A stretch of DNA of 64,000 bases from an uncultured Chromatiaceae bacterium (GTDB taxonomy: Bacteria; Pseudomonadota; Gammaproteobacteria; Tenderiales; Tenderiaceae), in assembly GCA_945787735.1 (NCBI GenBank), contig CALZIQ010000002.1:5654-69653 (forward strand). Reading direction: 5' to 3'. The position numbers and the translations under genes are program-made. The first letter of the stretch is position 1; each line of letters starts with the position of its first letter. The notes below the pieces were generated by a model that ran no database searches, was not told the DNA's origin, and saw nothing but the letters and a program-made list of their open reading frames with translations. This document shows positions 1 to 9,552 of the stretch, in pieces.

Positions 1-158
1 GTTTGACGCCCCAAAATGTTGGTGCAGCAATCAAGCAGGTGCGACCCTATGCAGTCGATGTGAGCGGCGGCGTGGAGGCGAGTAAAGGAGTAAAGGATGC
101 TGCCAAGATGGCGGCATTCATAGGAGAAGTGAAACGTGTCGAAAGTGAACCTACCTGA
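1..158 (+). CDS. trpF: Phosphoribosylanthranilate isomerase, 3' part (truncated by window start)
   Basis: Frame from nt 3 reads [39 protein letters not shown]..., the TrpF C-terminal motif; TGA at 156-158 overlaps trpB. Confidence 0.93.
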   Translation, partial: LTPQNVGAAIKQVRPYAVDVSGGVEASKGVKDAAKMAAFIGEVKRVESEPT

Positions 159-1335
159 CGCCAGCGGCCATTTTGGCCCCTACGGTGGCCGTTTTGTCGC
201 GGAAACCTTGATGGAACCGCTGGATGAATTGACTGCGGCCTATGAGCGCTTGAAAAATGATGCCACCTTTCAGGCGGAATACGACGAGGATCTGGCCCAT
301 TATGTTGGCCGTCCGTCACCACTCTATTTTGCTGAGCGTTGGACCGACATCCTTGGCGGTGCCAAGATCTATTTGAAACGTGAAGACCTGAATCACACCG
401 GCGCCCACAAGATCAACAACACCATCGGTCAGGCATTGCTGGCCAAACATCTGGGCAAGACCCGTATCATTGCTGAGACCGGTGCCGGTCAGCACGGCGT
501 GGCTTCTGCCACCGTGGCCGCTCGTCTGGGGCTGGAGTGTGTGGTTTATATGGGCGCAGAAGACGTCAAGCGCCAGGCCCTGAATGTCTATCGCATGAAA
601 CTGCTAGGTGCCGAAGTGGTGCCGGTGGAGTCTGGTTCCAAGACCCTAAAAGACGCCCTCAACGAGGCCATGCGCGACTGGGTCACTAACGTAGACAATA
701 CTTTTTACATTATCGGCACCGTGGCCGGGCCACACCCGTATCCGATGCTGGTGCGTGATTTTCAAGCCGTGATCGGTCGTGAGGCCAAGCACCAAGTTCT
801 GGAAGCCGAAGGGCGCTTGCCCGATGCCTTAGTGGCTTGTGTCGGTGGAGGGTCCAACGCCATTGGGCTGTTCTATCCCTTTATCGAGGATGAGGCCGTC
901 GCCATGTATGGCGTCGAGGGAGGCGGTGATGGTGTGGATACACCGCGTCATGCTGCGCCTCTGTGTGCGGGTCGTCCTGGTGTGTTGCATGGCAACCGGA
1001 CCTATTTAGTTGAAGACGACAATGGTCAGATCATCGAGACTCATTCGGTCTCGGCCGGCTTGGATTATCCTGGTGTCGGTCCCGAGCATGCTTGGTTGAA
1101 AGACAGTGGCCGGGCCAGTTATGTCGCCGCCACCGATAGCGAAGCCTTACAGGCCTTCCATGATTTGACCCGTTTTGAAGGTATCATGCCTGCGTTGGAG
1201 TCCAGTCATGCGCTGGCTTACGCCACCAAGCTAGCGCCGCAAATGGATAAGGACAAGATTATCGTCGTTAATCTTTCTGGCCGTGGTGATAAGGATATCC
1301 ACACCGTTGCCGGGCTGGAGGGCATCAAGGTATGA
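136..1335 (+). CDS. trpB: Tryptophan synthase beta chain
   Basis: [19 protein letters not shown] (PLP lysine), [15 protein letters not shown] motifs. Confidence 0.98.
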   Translation: MSKVNLPDASGHFGPYGGRFVAETLMEPLDELTAAYERLKNDATFQAEYDEDLAHYVGRPSPLYFAERWTDILGGAKIYLKREDLNHTGAHKINNTIGQALLAKHLGKTRIIAETGAGQHGVASATVAARLGLECVVYMGAEDVKRQALNVYRMKLLGAEVVPVESGSKTLKDALNEAMRDWVTNVDNTFYIIGTVAGPHPYPMLVRDFQAVIGREAKHQVLEAEGRLPDALVACVGGGSNAIGLFYPFIEDEAVAMYGVEGGGDGVDTPRHAAPLCAGRPGVLHGNRTYLVEDDNGQIIETHSVSAGLDYPGVGPEHAWLKDSGRASYVAATDSEALQAFHDLTRFEGIMPALESSHALAYATKLAPQMDKDKIIVVNLSGRGDKDIHTVAGLEGIKV

Positions 1336-2138
1336 GCCGCATTGCACAACGATTTGTTGAATTAAAAGCGCAAAAGCGCAAGGCGCTGATTCCTTTTGTG
1401 ACTGCTGGTGACCCGAATCCAAATGTCACTGTGCCGCTGCTGCACGCCATGGTTGAAGCCGGTGCTGACTTGCTCGAGCTGGGTGTGCCGTTTTCTGATC
1501 CCATGGCCGAGGGTCCTACCATCCAGAAAGCTTGCGAACGCGCCCTGGAACACGATGTCAGTCTGCATGATGTGTTGGCGATGGTGAAAGAATTTCGCCA
1601 AACCGATACCGACACACCTGTGGTTTTGATGGGATATATGAACCCGGTTGAGATCATGGGCTACGAAAACTTTGCCAGCGAAGCGAGTGATGCCGGCGTT
1701 GATGGTTTGTTAACGGTTGATATGCCACCAGAAGAGGCGGGTGATCTGCTGGCAGCCTTGAGTGAAGCGAGTATTGATCCCATCTTCTTACTGGCGCCGA
1801 CGACTGTGGATGAGCGTATTGCTAAGGTCTGCGCTGCTGCCAGTGGTTTTGTATACTATGTTTCATTAAAGGGTGTGACCGGCGCCGCCAACCTGGATGT
1901 GGCTGCAGTGGCGCACAAGGTCGAGCAGATTCGCAAACATACTGATCTGCCGATTGGTGTGGGCTTTGGCATTCGCGATGCGGAGACTGCTCAACGCGTT
2001 TCCGCCGTTGCTGATGCCGTGGTGGTGGGCAGTGCAGTGGTGAACCGTGTGGCTGAAAATGCCGAGCAACCGGAAAAAATAAATGAGGCGGTGTGTAGTT
2101 TGTTGCGCGACATGCGCGCGGCCATGGATAAAGCCTAG
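1332..2138 (+). CDS. trpA: Tryptophan synthase alpha chain
   Basis: [32 protein letters not shown] motifs; ATGA overlap with trpB. Confidence 0.98.
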   Translation: MSRIAQRFVELKAQKRKALIPFVTAGDPNPNVTVPLLHAMVEAGADLLELGVPFSDPMAEGPTIQKACERALEHDVSLHDVLAMVKEFRQTDTDTPVVLMGYMNPVEIMGYENFASEASDAGVDGLLTVDMPPEEAGDLLAALSEASIDPIFLLAPTTVDERIAKVCAAASGFVYYVSLKGVTGAANLDVAAVAHKVEQIRKHTDLPIGVGFGIRDAETAQRVSAVADAVVVGSAVVNRVAENAEQPEKINEAVCSLLRDMRAAMDKA

Positions 2139-2233
2139 CTATATAGTCCAAGGAGAGGGCAAAGTTTCTTTCCTTGAAATTACCTAAAATGGATGATGCC
2201 GCGACGCGGCTGATTGATGACAGGAAAAAACCA

Positions 2234-3097
2234 ATGAGTTGGTTCGAAAAACTTCTACCTACCCGAATTCGCACCGATGCTAGCAGTAAAAAATCCATCC
2301 CTGAAGGGCTGTGGACCAAGTGTGATGGCTGTGGTGCGGTGTTGTATCGTACTGAGCTCGAGCGCAATGCCGATGTTTGCATGAAGTGTGAACATCACCA
2401 CCGCATTGGTGCGCGCCGCCGTTTGGATCTGTTTCTGGATCAGGATGGGCGTGAGGAGATCGGCGCTGAATTGGAGCCGATCGATATCCTTAAATTCAAG
2501 GACAGCAAAAAATACAAAGACCGCCTTCTACTGGCGCAGAAGAATACCGACGAGAGTGATGCACTCATTGCGATGAAAGGCTCGCTAAAAGGCCTGCCGC
2601 TGACGGCAGCTGCGTTTGAGTTCAGATTTATGGGTGGTTCTATGGGGTCGGTAGTGGGGGAACGCTTTGTTCGTGCCGCCAACATCAGTCTGCAAGAGCG
2701 CATCCCGTTTGTTTGTTTTTCTGCCAGTGGCGGCGCGCGTATGCAAGAGGCACTGTTCTCCCTGATGCAGATGTCCAAGACCAGTGCCGTGTTAGCAAAA
2801 ATGAGCAAAGAGGGTATTCCCTTTATATCGGTATTGACTGATCCAACCATGGGTGGCGTCTCGGCCAGCTTTGCCATGCTTGGCGATGTGAATGTGGCCG
2901 AGCCCAATGCCCTGATCGGCTTTGCCGGCCCGCGCGTAATCGAACAGACCGTGCGCGAGACGCTGCCGGAAGGTTTTCAACGCAGCGAGTTTTTACTCGA
3001 ACATGGTGCTATCGACATGATTGTCGGTCGTTTGGAAATGCGTGATCGCTTGGCTAGTCTGTTGGCTATTCTTAGCGACAAAACGCTCCAATCCTAA
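2234..3097 (+). CDS. accD: Acetyl-CoA carboxylase carboxyltransferase beta subunit
   Basis: PEGLWTKC..C zinc finger, [31 protein letters not shown]; start moved to ATG 2234 (MSWFEKL). Confidence 0.97.
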   Translation: MSWFEKLLPTRIRTDASSKKSIPEGLWTKCDGCGAVLYRTELERNADVCMKCEHHHRIGARRRLDLFLDQDGREEIGAELEPIDILKFKDSKKYKDRLLLAQKNTDESDALIAMKGSLKGLPLTAAAFEFRFMGGSMGSVVGERFVRAANISLQERIPFVCFSASGGARMQEALFSLMQMSKTSAVLAKMSKEGIPFISVLTDPTMGGVSASFAMLGDVNVAEPNALIGFAGPRVIEQTVRETLPEGFQRSEFLLEHGAIDMIVGRLEMRDRLASLLAILSDKTLQS

Positions 3098-3119
3098 GAG
3101 GCCTCTTCGGCTTCATCAA

Positions 3120-4421
3120 ATGCGATTCAAAACGCTTGATGCATGGCTCTCCTGGCAGGAGGGTCTACATCCATCTGAAATTGATCTGGGCCTTGAGCGT
3201 GTTCGCACGGTATTACAGCGCCTCGGTCATGAGAAGTTCAGCTGTCCTGTTATTACCGTTGCCGGCACTAATGGCAAGGGCTCTTCGGTGGCCATGCTGG
3301 AGGCGATCTATTTAGCGGCGGGTTACCGCGTCGGTGCTTATACCTCCCCCCATTTGCTTAGCTACAAAGAGCGGGTGTGCATTAATGGCCTGCCGGTTAA
3401 CGATCAGTCACTATGTGATGCCTTTGAAAACATCGACCAAGCCAGGGGCGAAACCTCGCTGACCTATTTTGAATTTGGCACTCTGGCGGCGATTGAGATC
3501 TTTGCCCGCGCTGATCTAGATGTGGTGATCATGGAGGTCGGCCTGGGGGGGCGGCTCGATGCGGTGAATGTGCTCGACGCTGACGTGGCTTTGATCACGC
3601 CGATTGCCCTGGATCATGCTGACTGGCTCGGCAATGACCGCGAGACTATTGGCCGGGAAAAAGCAGGTATTATGCGCGGTGGTAGGCCGGTGGTTTGTGG
3701 CGATACCCATCCGCCTGTCAGTTTGCAGCAGGTGGCTGACGCGCTGGACGCAAATATTTATCAAGCCGGGCGCGATTTTTCCTGGCAAGTGCAGGGTGAG
3801 CAATGGCGTTGGCGTGGTCCGGAACGTACCCGTGACGCCCTGCCGGAACCGGCTCTGCGCGGCCGTTTTCAGCTTGATAATGCCGCCGCGGTACTGATGG
3901 TGACAGAATTGCTGGCTGGGCGTTTACCGTTGTCACAAGCCCATGTGCGCGAAGGGCTGGCCAATGCCAAGGTGGCGGGGCGTTTTCAGGTTGTGACGGG
4001 CGAGGTGCCGCTGATCCTGGATGTGGCCCACAATCCCCAGTCAGCCGAGGCACTGGCGGGCAATCTGGCGGCTTGGCCCATGCCCGGGCGTATATTCGCG
4101 CTTACTGCGATGATGGCGGACAAGGAAATAGATGCCATTTTTGCTGCCATGGCACCAGTGGTCGACCATTGGTGTCTCACCAGTGTGGATTTGCCCCGTG
4201 CCGCCAAGAAAGGGCAGCTGGCTGAAGTGTTGCGGGCGGTGGCGCCAACAGCGCAATACGAGCTTTGTACCAGCGTGAAAGACGGCCTGCAGAAACTTGA
4301 GAAAGTTGTCCAAGCAAATGACCGTATTGTGGTGTTTGGCTCGTTTTACACCGTGGCCGAGGCATTAGCATCAGACTATAATGCAGGCTTGTCTCCATCC
4401 GCACAACAGAAGGTAAATTGA
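3120..4421 (+). CDS. folC: Bifunctional folylpolyglutamate/dihydrofolate synthase
   Basis: VAGTNGKGS, YTSPHL, EVGLGGRLDAVN, DVAHNP, FGSFYTV; start at ATG 3120. Confidence 0.96.
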   Translation: MRFKTLDAWLSWQEGLHPSEIDLGLERVRTVLQRLGHEKFSCPVITVAGTNGKGSSVAMLEAIYLAAGYRVGAYTSPHLLSYKERVCINGLPVNDQSLCDAFENIDQARGETSLTYFEFGTLAAIEIFARADLDVVIMEVGLGGRLDAVNVLDADVALITPIALDHADWLGNDRETIGREKAGIMRGGRPVVCGDTHPPVSLQQVADALDANIYQAGRDFSWQVQGEQWRWRGPERTRDALPEPALRGRFQLDNAAAVLMVTELLAGRLPLSQAHVREGLANAKVAGRFQVVTGEVPLILDVAHNPQSAEALAGNLAAWPMPGRIFALTAMMADKEIDAIFAAMAPVVDHWCLTSVDLPRAAKKGQLAEVLRAVAPTAQYELCTSVKDGLQKLEKVVQANDRIVVFGSFYTVAEALASDYNAGLSPSAQQKVN

Positions 4422-5035
4422 TGGATCAAGCGCATAAACAACGACTGGTCGGTGGGATTGTGTTGCTGGCACTGGGTTTGATTCTGGTGCCTACCATTCT
4501 CGATTTCAGTCAGGACGCGCCCGATCCCATGGCTGAGACTCGGTTCCCAGAATCACCCGACGTGATGAAGATGGCGGTGTTGCCGTTGGAAGTCTGGTCC
4601 GAGCCGGTTGACCCGCAAATCGACAATACAAACCGAATTGTTGAGACACCTACCCCGGTCAAACGCGAATCTTCCAAACCAGTCTCTGATGCAGTGGATA
4701 AACCGGCTGAGCCCAACGTCGAACAGAAACCTGTACAGGTGACTAAGGTTGAGCGAGCACCCAAACTAGAATCAGCGAAAAAACCAAGCGTATCAGAGGG
4801 CGCCAGTGCCTGGGTGGTTCAGGTGGCCAGTTTTTCGGATGAACCCAAGGCCTTTGCCTTGCGTGATCGCCTAAGGAAAGCCGGGCATCCCGCCTTTATC
4901 GAGCGCGGACGTAGTGATGGCGTGATATATCGGGTAAAGGTGGGGCCGGTATTGCAACGCAGTGAGGCAGAGCGCTTGAAAAAACAAGTGGATAAAGAGA
5001 CCCGGCTTGATGGCTTGGTGATGAAATACCGTTGA
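4421..5035 (+). CDS. dedD: SPOR-domain cell division protein (DedD-like)
   Basis: N-terminal KQRLVG + TM helix, Pro-rich linker, C-terminal SPOR (WVVQVASF...YRVKVGP); folC-dedD-cvpA-purF synteny. Confidence 0.85.
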   Translation: MDQAHKQRLVGGIVLLALGLILVPTILDFSQDAPDPMAETRFPESPDVMKMAVLPLEVWSEPVDPQIDNTNRIVETPTPVKRESSKPVSDAVDKPAEPNVEQKPVQVTKVERAPKLESAKKPSVSEGASAWVVQVASFSDEPKAFALRDRLRKAGHPAFIERGRSDGVIYRVKVGPVLQRSEAERLKKQVDKETRLDGLVMKYR

Positions 5036-5159
5036 CGATTGTTTAGTTCAGGAATGGCACAAGGTCTGATAAAATCGCCCCTTTCCGATTTGGGTGTGTA
5101 TCTTGGTCTTTTTGAGTTCTGTGCGGTTTTTCTAATTCAGATGGACTGATTCGTTTTTG

Positions 5160-5660
5160 ATGAGCGGCATCGATTATTTAATTCTGGGCGTAATTGCGGT
5201 TTCTGCGACGATTGGTATTTGGCGAGGTTTCGTGCGCGAGGCTTTGTCATTGATTGTTTGGGTAGCGGCGTTTTGGTTGGCCTACACTTGGGCGTCTTCG
5301 CTGGAGGTTATGCTGGTCGATCTGCTTGCCGACCAAGCGGTGAGAGTGATCGTTTGTTTTATCGTGCTGTTTTTGCTGGTGCATATCGTTGGTTTTGTTA
5401 TTTCGCGGCTATTATCGAGTCTGATCAAGTCAATCGGCTTGAAAGGAGTTGACCGTGTAGCGGGCGCTGGTTTTGGTTTTGTACGTGGGTTTGTTGCGGT
5501 GGCTGCACTGGTGTTGCTGGTCGAGATGACGCCGTTGACGCAAGAGGCGATGTGGCAGCAGTCTTTTATTGTGCCTATGTTTAAGGACGCAATGCAGTGG
5601 GCACAGCTGCAATACCCATTGGACAGTCTTGGCAGTGCGTTTGCCGCGGCAACAGATTGA
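5160..5660 (+). CDS. cvpA: CvpA family (colicin V production) membrane protein
   Basis: DYLIL...RGFVREALSL...DRVAGAGFGFVRG; upstream of purF. Confidence 0.93.
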   Translation: MSGIDYLILGVIAVSATIGIWRGFVREALSLIVWVAAFWLAYTWASSLEVMLVDLLADQAVRVIVCFIVLFLLVHIVGFVISRLLSSLIKSIGLKGVDRVAGAGFGFVRGFVAVAALVLLVEMTPLTQEAMWQQSFIVPMFKDAMQWAQLQYPLDSLGSAFAAATD

Positions 5661-5682
5661 GTTGTGTTGAGAGGTCGAATCG

Positions 5683-7194
5683 ATGTGTGGTGTTATCGGA
5701 ATAGTCGGTAAGAGTAATGTCAATCAGGCGCTTTATGATGGCCTGACTGTGCTGCAGCATCGTGGCCAGGATGCTGCGGGTATTGTTACCTGCGACGGCG
5801 GTAAACTCTATCTGAGAAAAGACAACGGTCTGGTGCGTGATGTCTTTGCCACCGAGCATATGTTGAATCTGCGCGGTAATATGGGGGTGGGGCACGTGCG
5901 TTATCCCACCGCCGGTTGCTCCTCGTCAGCCGAGGCTCAACCCTTCTATGTCAATTCCCCTTACGGCATCACGCTGGCCCACAACGGTAATCTGACCAAT
6001 GCCGAAGAATTGAAGCGCGATCTCTATAATGAAGACCTGCGCCATATGAATACCGACTCGGATTCAGAAGTGTTGTTGAATGTTTTAGCCCATGAGTTGC
6101 AGGTCCTGGGCAAGCTCAAGATTGATCACAACGATGTGTTCGAGGCTGTGAGTGCAGTGCATCGGCGCAGCCGTGGTGCCTATGCCGTGGTCGCCATGAT
6201 CACAGGTTACGGTATTGTCGGCTTTCGCGATCCTAACGGGATTCGTCCAATTGTGTACGGCAAGCGAGAAACCGATAAGGGTACTGAATACATGATCGCG
6301 TCCGAGAGTGTAGCGCTTGATGCGCAGGGCTTTGAATTAATTGCTGATCTTGAACCCGGCGAAGCAGTGTTTATTAGTTTGGATGGAAATTTGCACAAGA
6401 AGCAGTGTGCCGAGAACACCAAGTATTCAACTTGTATCTTTGAATACGTCTACCTGGCCCGGCCTGATTCTATTATCGATGATGTGTTGGTCTATAAAGC
6501 ACGTCTGCGTATGGGGGAATCTCTGGCGCAGAAAATCAAGCGTGAGTGGACCGATCAGGATATCAATGTGGTGATCCCAATCCCCGATACCAGTCGCACC
6601 TCAGCGCTGCAGTTGGCCAATGAACTGGGTGTGCTGTATCGCGAAGGATTTATCAAAAATCGTTACATCGGCCGTACCTTTATCATGCCGGGACAAAAGC
6701 AACGAAAAAAATCTGTGCGTCAGAAATTGAATGCCATTGACCTCGAATTCAGAGATAAAAATGTGCTGCTAGTGGATGATTCCATCGTGCGTGGTACGAC
6801 ATCACAGCAGATTATTCAGATGGCGCGTGAAGCAGGTGCGAAGAAAGTCTATTTTGCCTCGGCCTCTCCAGCAATTCGTCATGCCAATGTCTATGGCATC
6901 GATATGCCAGCCCCGGAAGAGCTGATTGCCTATGGCCGAACTGATGACGAAGTAGCGCAGAAAATCGGTGCAGATAAAGTCATCTATCAGGATCTTGAGG
7001 ATCTGATGGAGTCAGTACGCAAGCGCAACCCTGAGTTGGTGGATTTTGATACCTCGGTATTTGATGGCCGTTATGTGACCGGCGACGTGAATGAGGCTTA
7101 CTTTGCCCGTCTGCAGGAGATTCGCAGTGACTCCGCCAAGGAAAAGCGCAACGGGCGAAATTCAGACATCATTGACTTGCATAATAATCCGTGA
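5683..7194 (+). CDS. purF: Amidophosphoribosyltransferase
   Basis: N-terminal [38 protein letters not shown] loop. Confidence 0.98.
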   Translation: MCGVIGIVGKSNVNQALYDGLTVLQHRGQDAAGIVTCDGGKLYLRKDNGLVRDVFATEHMLNLRGNMGVGHVRYPTAGCSSSAEAQPFYVNSPYGITLAHNGNLTNAEELKRDLYNEDLRHMNTDSDSEVLLNVLAHELQVLGKLKIDHNDVFEAVSAVHRRSRGAYAVVAMITGYGIVGFRDPNGIRPIVYGKRETDKGTEYMIASESVALDAQGFELIADLEPGEAVFISLDGNLHKKQCAENTKYSTCIFEYVYLARPDSIIDDVLVYKARLRMGESLAQKIKREWTDQDINVVIPIPDTSRTSALQLANELGVLYREGFIKNRYIGRTFIMPGQKQRKKSVRQKLNAIDLEFRDKNVLLVDDSIVRGTTSQQIIQMAREAGAKKVYFASASPAIRHANVYGIDMPAPEELIAYGRTDDEVAQKIGADKVIYQDLEDLMESVRKRNPELVDFDTSVFDGRYVTGDVNEAYFARLQEIRSDSAKEKRNGRNSDIIDLHNNP

Positions 7195-7195
7195 T

Positions 7196-7224
7196 TTGAC
7201 AGGTTCTTCACCTTTCACTAAGAT
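7196..7224 (+). promoter_or_regulatory. sigma70 promoter for metZ leader
   Basis: TTGACA (7196-7201), 17 bp, TAAGAT (7219-7224), just upstream of the riboswitch. Confidence 0.8.
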
Positions 7225-7235
7225 TCAGTTTAGTA

Positions 7236-7288
7236 GCGCCGATTTGAGCTCAGCTTGCGGGCGCGTAACAAATACTGCTAAAGAGAGG
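7236..7288 (+). ncRNA. SAM-II riboswitch aptamer
   Basis: GCGCC-GATTTG...TTGCG-GGCGC...AAAT..GCTAAAG matches the SAM-II pseudoknot layout (P1 GCGCC/GGCGC; ATTT/AAAT; TTGC with GCTAAA); precedes a methionine biosynthesis gene. Confidence 0.88.
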
Positions 7289-7289
7289 C

Positions 7290-7324
7290 AAGCCTGCTTT
7301 AGTGAATGCTGAGCGGGTTTTTTT
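7290..7324 (+). terminator. Intrinsic terminator forming the riboswitch expression platform
   Basis: AAGCCTGCTT-T-AGT/GAAT/GCT-GAGCGGGTTT stem (several G-U pairs) running into a T7 tract at 7318-7324. Confidence 0.75.
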
Positions 7325-7358
7325 GTGCCTGAAAGATAACAGGCCCTGGAGTAAAATA

Positions 7359-8546
7359 ATGAATAACGAATTCGAAGAATTTAATTTTGACACACTGGCG
7401 GTCAGGGCAGGGCAGGTGCGCACAGGTGAATCAGAGCAGTCTGAGCCGATCTTTCCCACCTCGAGCTATGTGTTTGGCAGTGCCGCCGAGGCCGCGGCGC
7501 GGTTTTCCGGTGAGCAGCCGGGGAACATCTATTCACGCTTTACCAATCCTACTGTGCGTACTTTTGAAAAACGGTTGGCGGCACTTGAAGGTGGCGAGCG
7601 CTGCATAGCCACAAGTTCCGGCATGTCAGCCATTCTTTCAACTTTCATGGCGCTTTTGAAAACTGGGGATCACGTCGTTTCATCCCGCGCCATCTTTGGT
7701 ACTACCTCGGTGTTGTTAACGAATTACATGGCCAAATTCGGCGTTAAAACGACATTTGTGGATTTGACCAATCTGGATGGCTGGGCCAAAGCGATCAATA
7801 CCAATACCAAGTTATTGTTTTTGGAAACGCCTTCGAACCCTTTGACCGAAGTCGCAGATATTCAGGCGCTGGCCGACTTGGCTCATCAGCACGGTTGTTT
7901 GTTGGTGGTGGACAACTGTTTCTGTACCCCTGCATTGCAACGTCCACTAGAGCTGGGCGCGGATATCGTAATTCATTCCGCGACTAAATATCTTGACGGC
8001 CAGGGGCGTTGTATCGGTGGCGCAGTGGTTGGCAACGAAGATGTGGTTGGTAACGATGTTTATGGATTTTTGCGTACCGCCGGGCCAACCATGAGTCCAT
8101 TCAATGCCTGGGTTTTCCTCAAGGGACTGGAGACCCTGCGTCTGCGCATGGAAGCCCATTGCCGTAATGCCCAGCTATTGGCTGAATGGCTCGATGCACA
8201 TCCCAAGATCAAACATGTTTATTACCCGGGCCTGGCCTCACATCCTCAGCATGCGTTGGCGGCCGAACAACAAAAAGGCTTTGGTGGCGTGCTCTCGTTT
8301 GAAGTGGAGGGTGTCAAAGACGCTGCATGGAAGGTGATCGATGCTACACGCATGATTTCTATTACCGCCAATCTGGGCGATACAAAATCGACCATCACTC
8401 ATCCGGCCACCACTACACACGGTCGTTTGACACCGGAACAACGAGCCGATGCCGGTATTCGTGACAGTTTAGTAAGAGTTGCAGTTGGCTTGGAAGATAT
8501 CGAAGACCTGAAAGCCGATCTTGATCGGGGACTGTCAAGACCGTAG
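7359..8546 (+). CDS. metZ: O-succinylhomoserine sulfhydrylase
   Basis: YSRFTNPTV, ETPSNP, DNCFCTP, HSATKYLDGQGR (PLP lysine), ANLGDTKST; GGAG RBS before ATG 7359. Confidence 0.95.
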   Translation: MNNEFEEFNFDTLAVRAGQVRTGESEQSEPIFPTSSYVFGSAAEAAARFSGEQPGNIYSRFTNPTVRTFEKRLAALEGGERCIATSSGMSAILSTFMALLKTGDHVVSSRAIFGTTSVLLTNYMAKFGVKTTFVDLTNLDGWAKAINTNTKLLFLETPSNPLTEVADIQALADLAHQHGCLLVVDNCFCTPALQRPLELGADIVIHSATKYLDGQGRCIGGAVVGNEDVVGNDVYGFLRTAGPTMSPFNAWVFLKGLETLRLRMEAHCRNAQLLAEWLDAHPKIKHVYYPGLASHPQHALAAEQQKGFGGVLSFEVEGVKDAAWKVIDATRMISITANLGDTKSTITHPATTTHGRLTPEQRADAGIRDSLVRVAVGLEDIEDLKADLDRGLSRP

Positions 8547-8553
8547 ATGTTGT

Positions 8554-9552
8554 TTATTTCGGGTTGCCTGTGTTTGATTGTTTTTCAGCATCGTTTTCGG
8601 CACTTCGATAGTTTTTAATCAGGTAGAGTGGCCGCTGTTTGGTCTCGTCAAAGAGTCGGCCCAGGTATTCGCCGAGTATTCCGATGCTGATCAGTTGTAT
8701 TCCTCCCAGAAACAGCACCACAACCATCAATGATGGATAACCCGGAATAGGATTTCCCCAGATCAGGGTGTCATAGATGATGTAAAGGCCGAACAGGAAG
8801 GCGCTCAAGGCGGTAAGCAAACCAAGGTAGCTGGCAAGGCGAAGTGGCGCAGTACTGAAAGAGGTGATGCCTTCAAGGGCGAAATTCCATAACCGCCAGT
8901 AATTCCATTTGCTTGTGCCGGCATGACGGGGTTTGCGATGGAAGTAGATGGCTTTTTGGCGAAAACCAACCCACGAGAACAGGCCTTTCATAAAGCGATG
9001 CTGTTCGCGCAGCTGAATTACTGCATCAATGGCTGTTCTGCTCAATAGACGGTAGTCACCGGTATCTTCTGGGATTTTGATTTTAGCGACCCGTTGTATT
9101 GTCCGGTAAAACAGGTGAGAGCTGAATTTTTTGAGCCATGTCTCGCCTTCGCGAGACATGCGCTGGGCGTAGACCACGTCATATCCGTTCTGCCATTCAC
9201 GTAGCATGTCGGCAATCAGTTCGGGCGGGTCTTGCAGATCGGTATCAATAATGATGGCGGCATCGCCACGACAGTGATCCAGGCCGGCGGTGAGAGCAAT
9301 CTCCTTGCCGAAGTTGCGACTGAGTTCAATGATTGAAATACGTGGGTCCAGTTTCTGAAATTCATTAATAATTTGTAATGAATTGTCATGACTACCATCA
9401 TCGATGAAGATGATTTCGAAACGATGGGGCAAGAGATCCAGCGTTTCGCACAAGGTGTAATAAAACTCGTTCAGCACAACCTCTTCGTTAAAGACAGGGG
9501 CTATGATGGATATCAGTTTGGTCTTGTTCTTGTCGGTGTTGTTGTCGTTCAT
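8554..9552 (-). CDS. GT2 polyprenol-phosphate glycosyltransferase (GtrB/YfdH-like)
   Basis: PVFNEE, DDGSHD, SRNFGKE, DTDLQDPPE, TGDYRL, two C-terminal TMs, GEYLGR..RPLY. Confidence 0.92.
   Translation of the reverse strand: MNDNNTDKNKTKLISIIAPVFNEEVVLNEFYYTLCETLDLLPHRFEIIFIDDGSHDNSLQIINEFQKLDPRISIIELSRNFGKEIALTAGLDHCRGDAAIIIDTDLQDPPELIADMLREWQNGYDVVYAQRMSREGETWLKKFSSHLFYRTIQRVAKIKIPEDTGDYRLLSRTAIDAVIQLREQHRFMKGLFSWVGFRQKAIYFHRKPRHAGTSKWNYWRLWNFALEGITSFSTAPLRLASYLGLLTALSAFLFGLYIIYDTLIWGNPIPGYPSLMVVVLFLGGIQLISIGILGEYLGRLFDETKQRPLYLIKNYRSAENDAEKQSNTGNPK

Noticed and set aside
5054-5075. sigma54 promoter upstream of cvpA (TGGCAC)
   Set aside because: The -12 GC is missing (CTGAT); an extended -10 TGATAAAAT fits better
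7302-7358. Longer metZ N-terminus from the ORF track (similarly accD, folC, pgm, htpG, ppi, leuB)
   Set aside because: The extensions run through terminators, promoters or repeats; downstream starts fit the expected family N-termini
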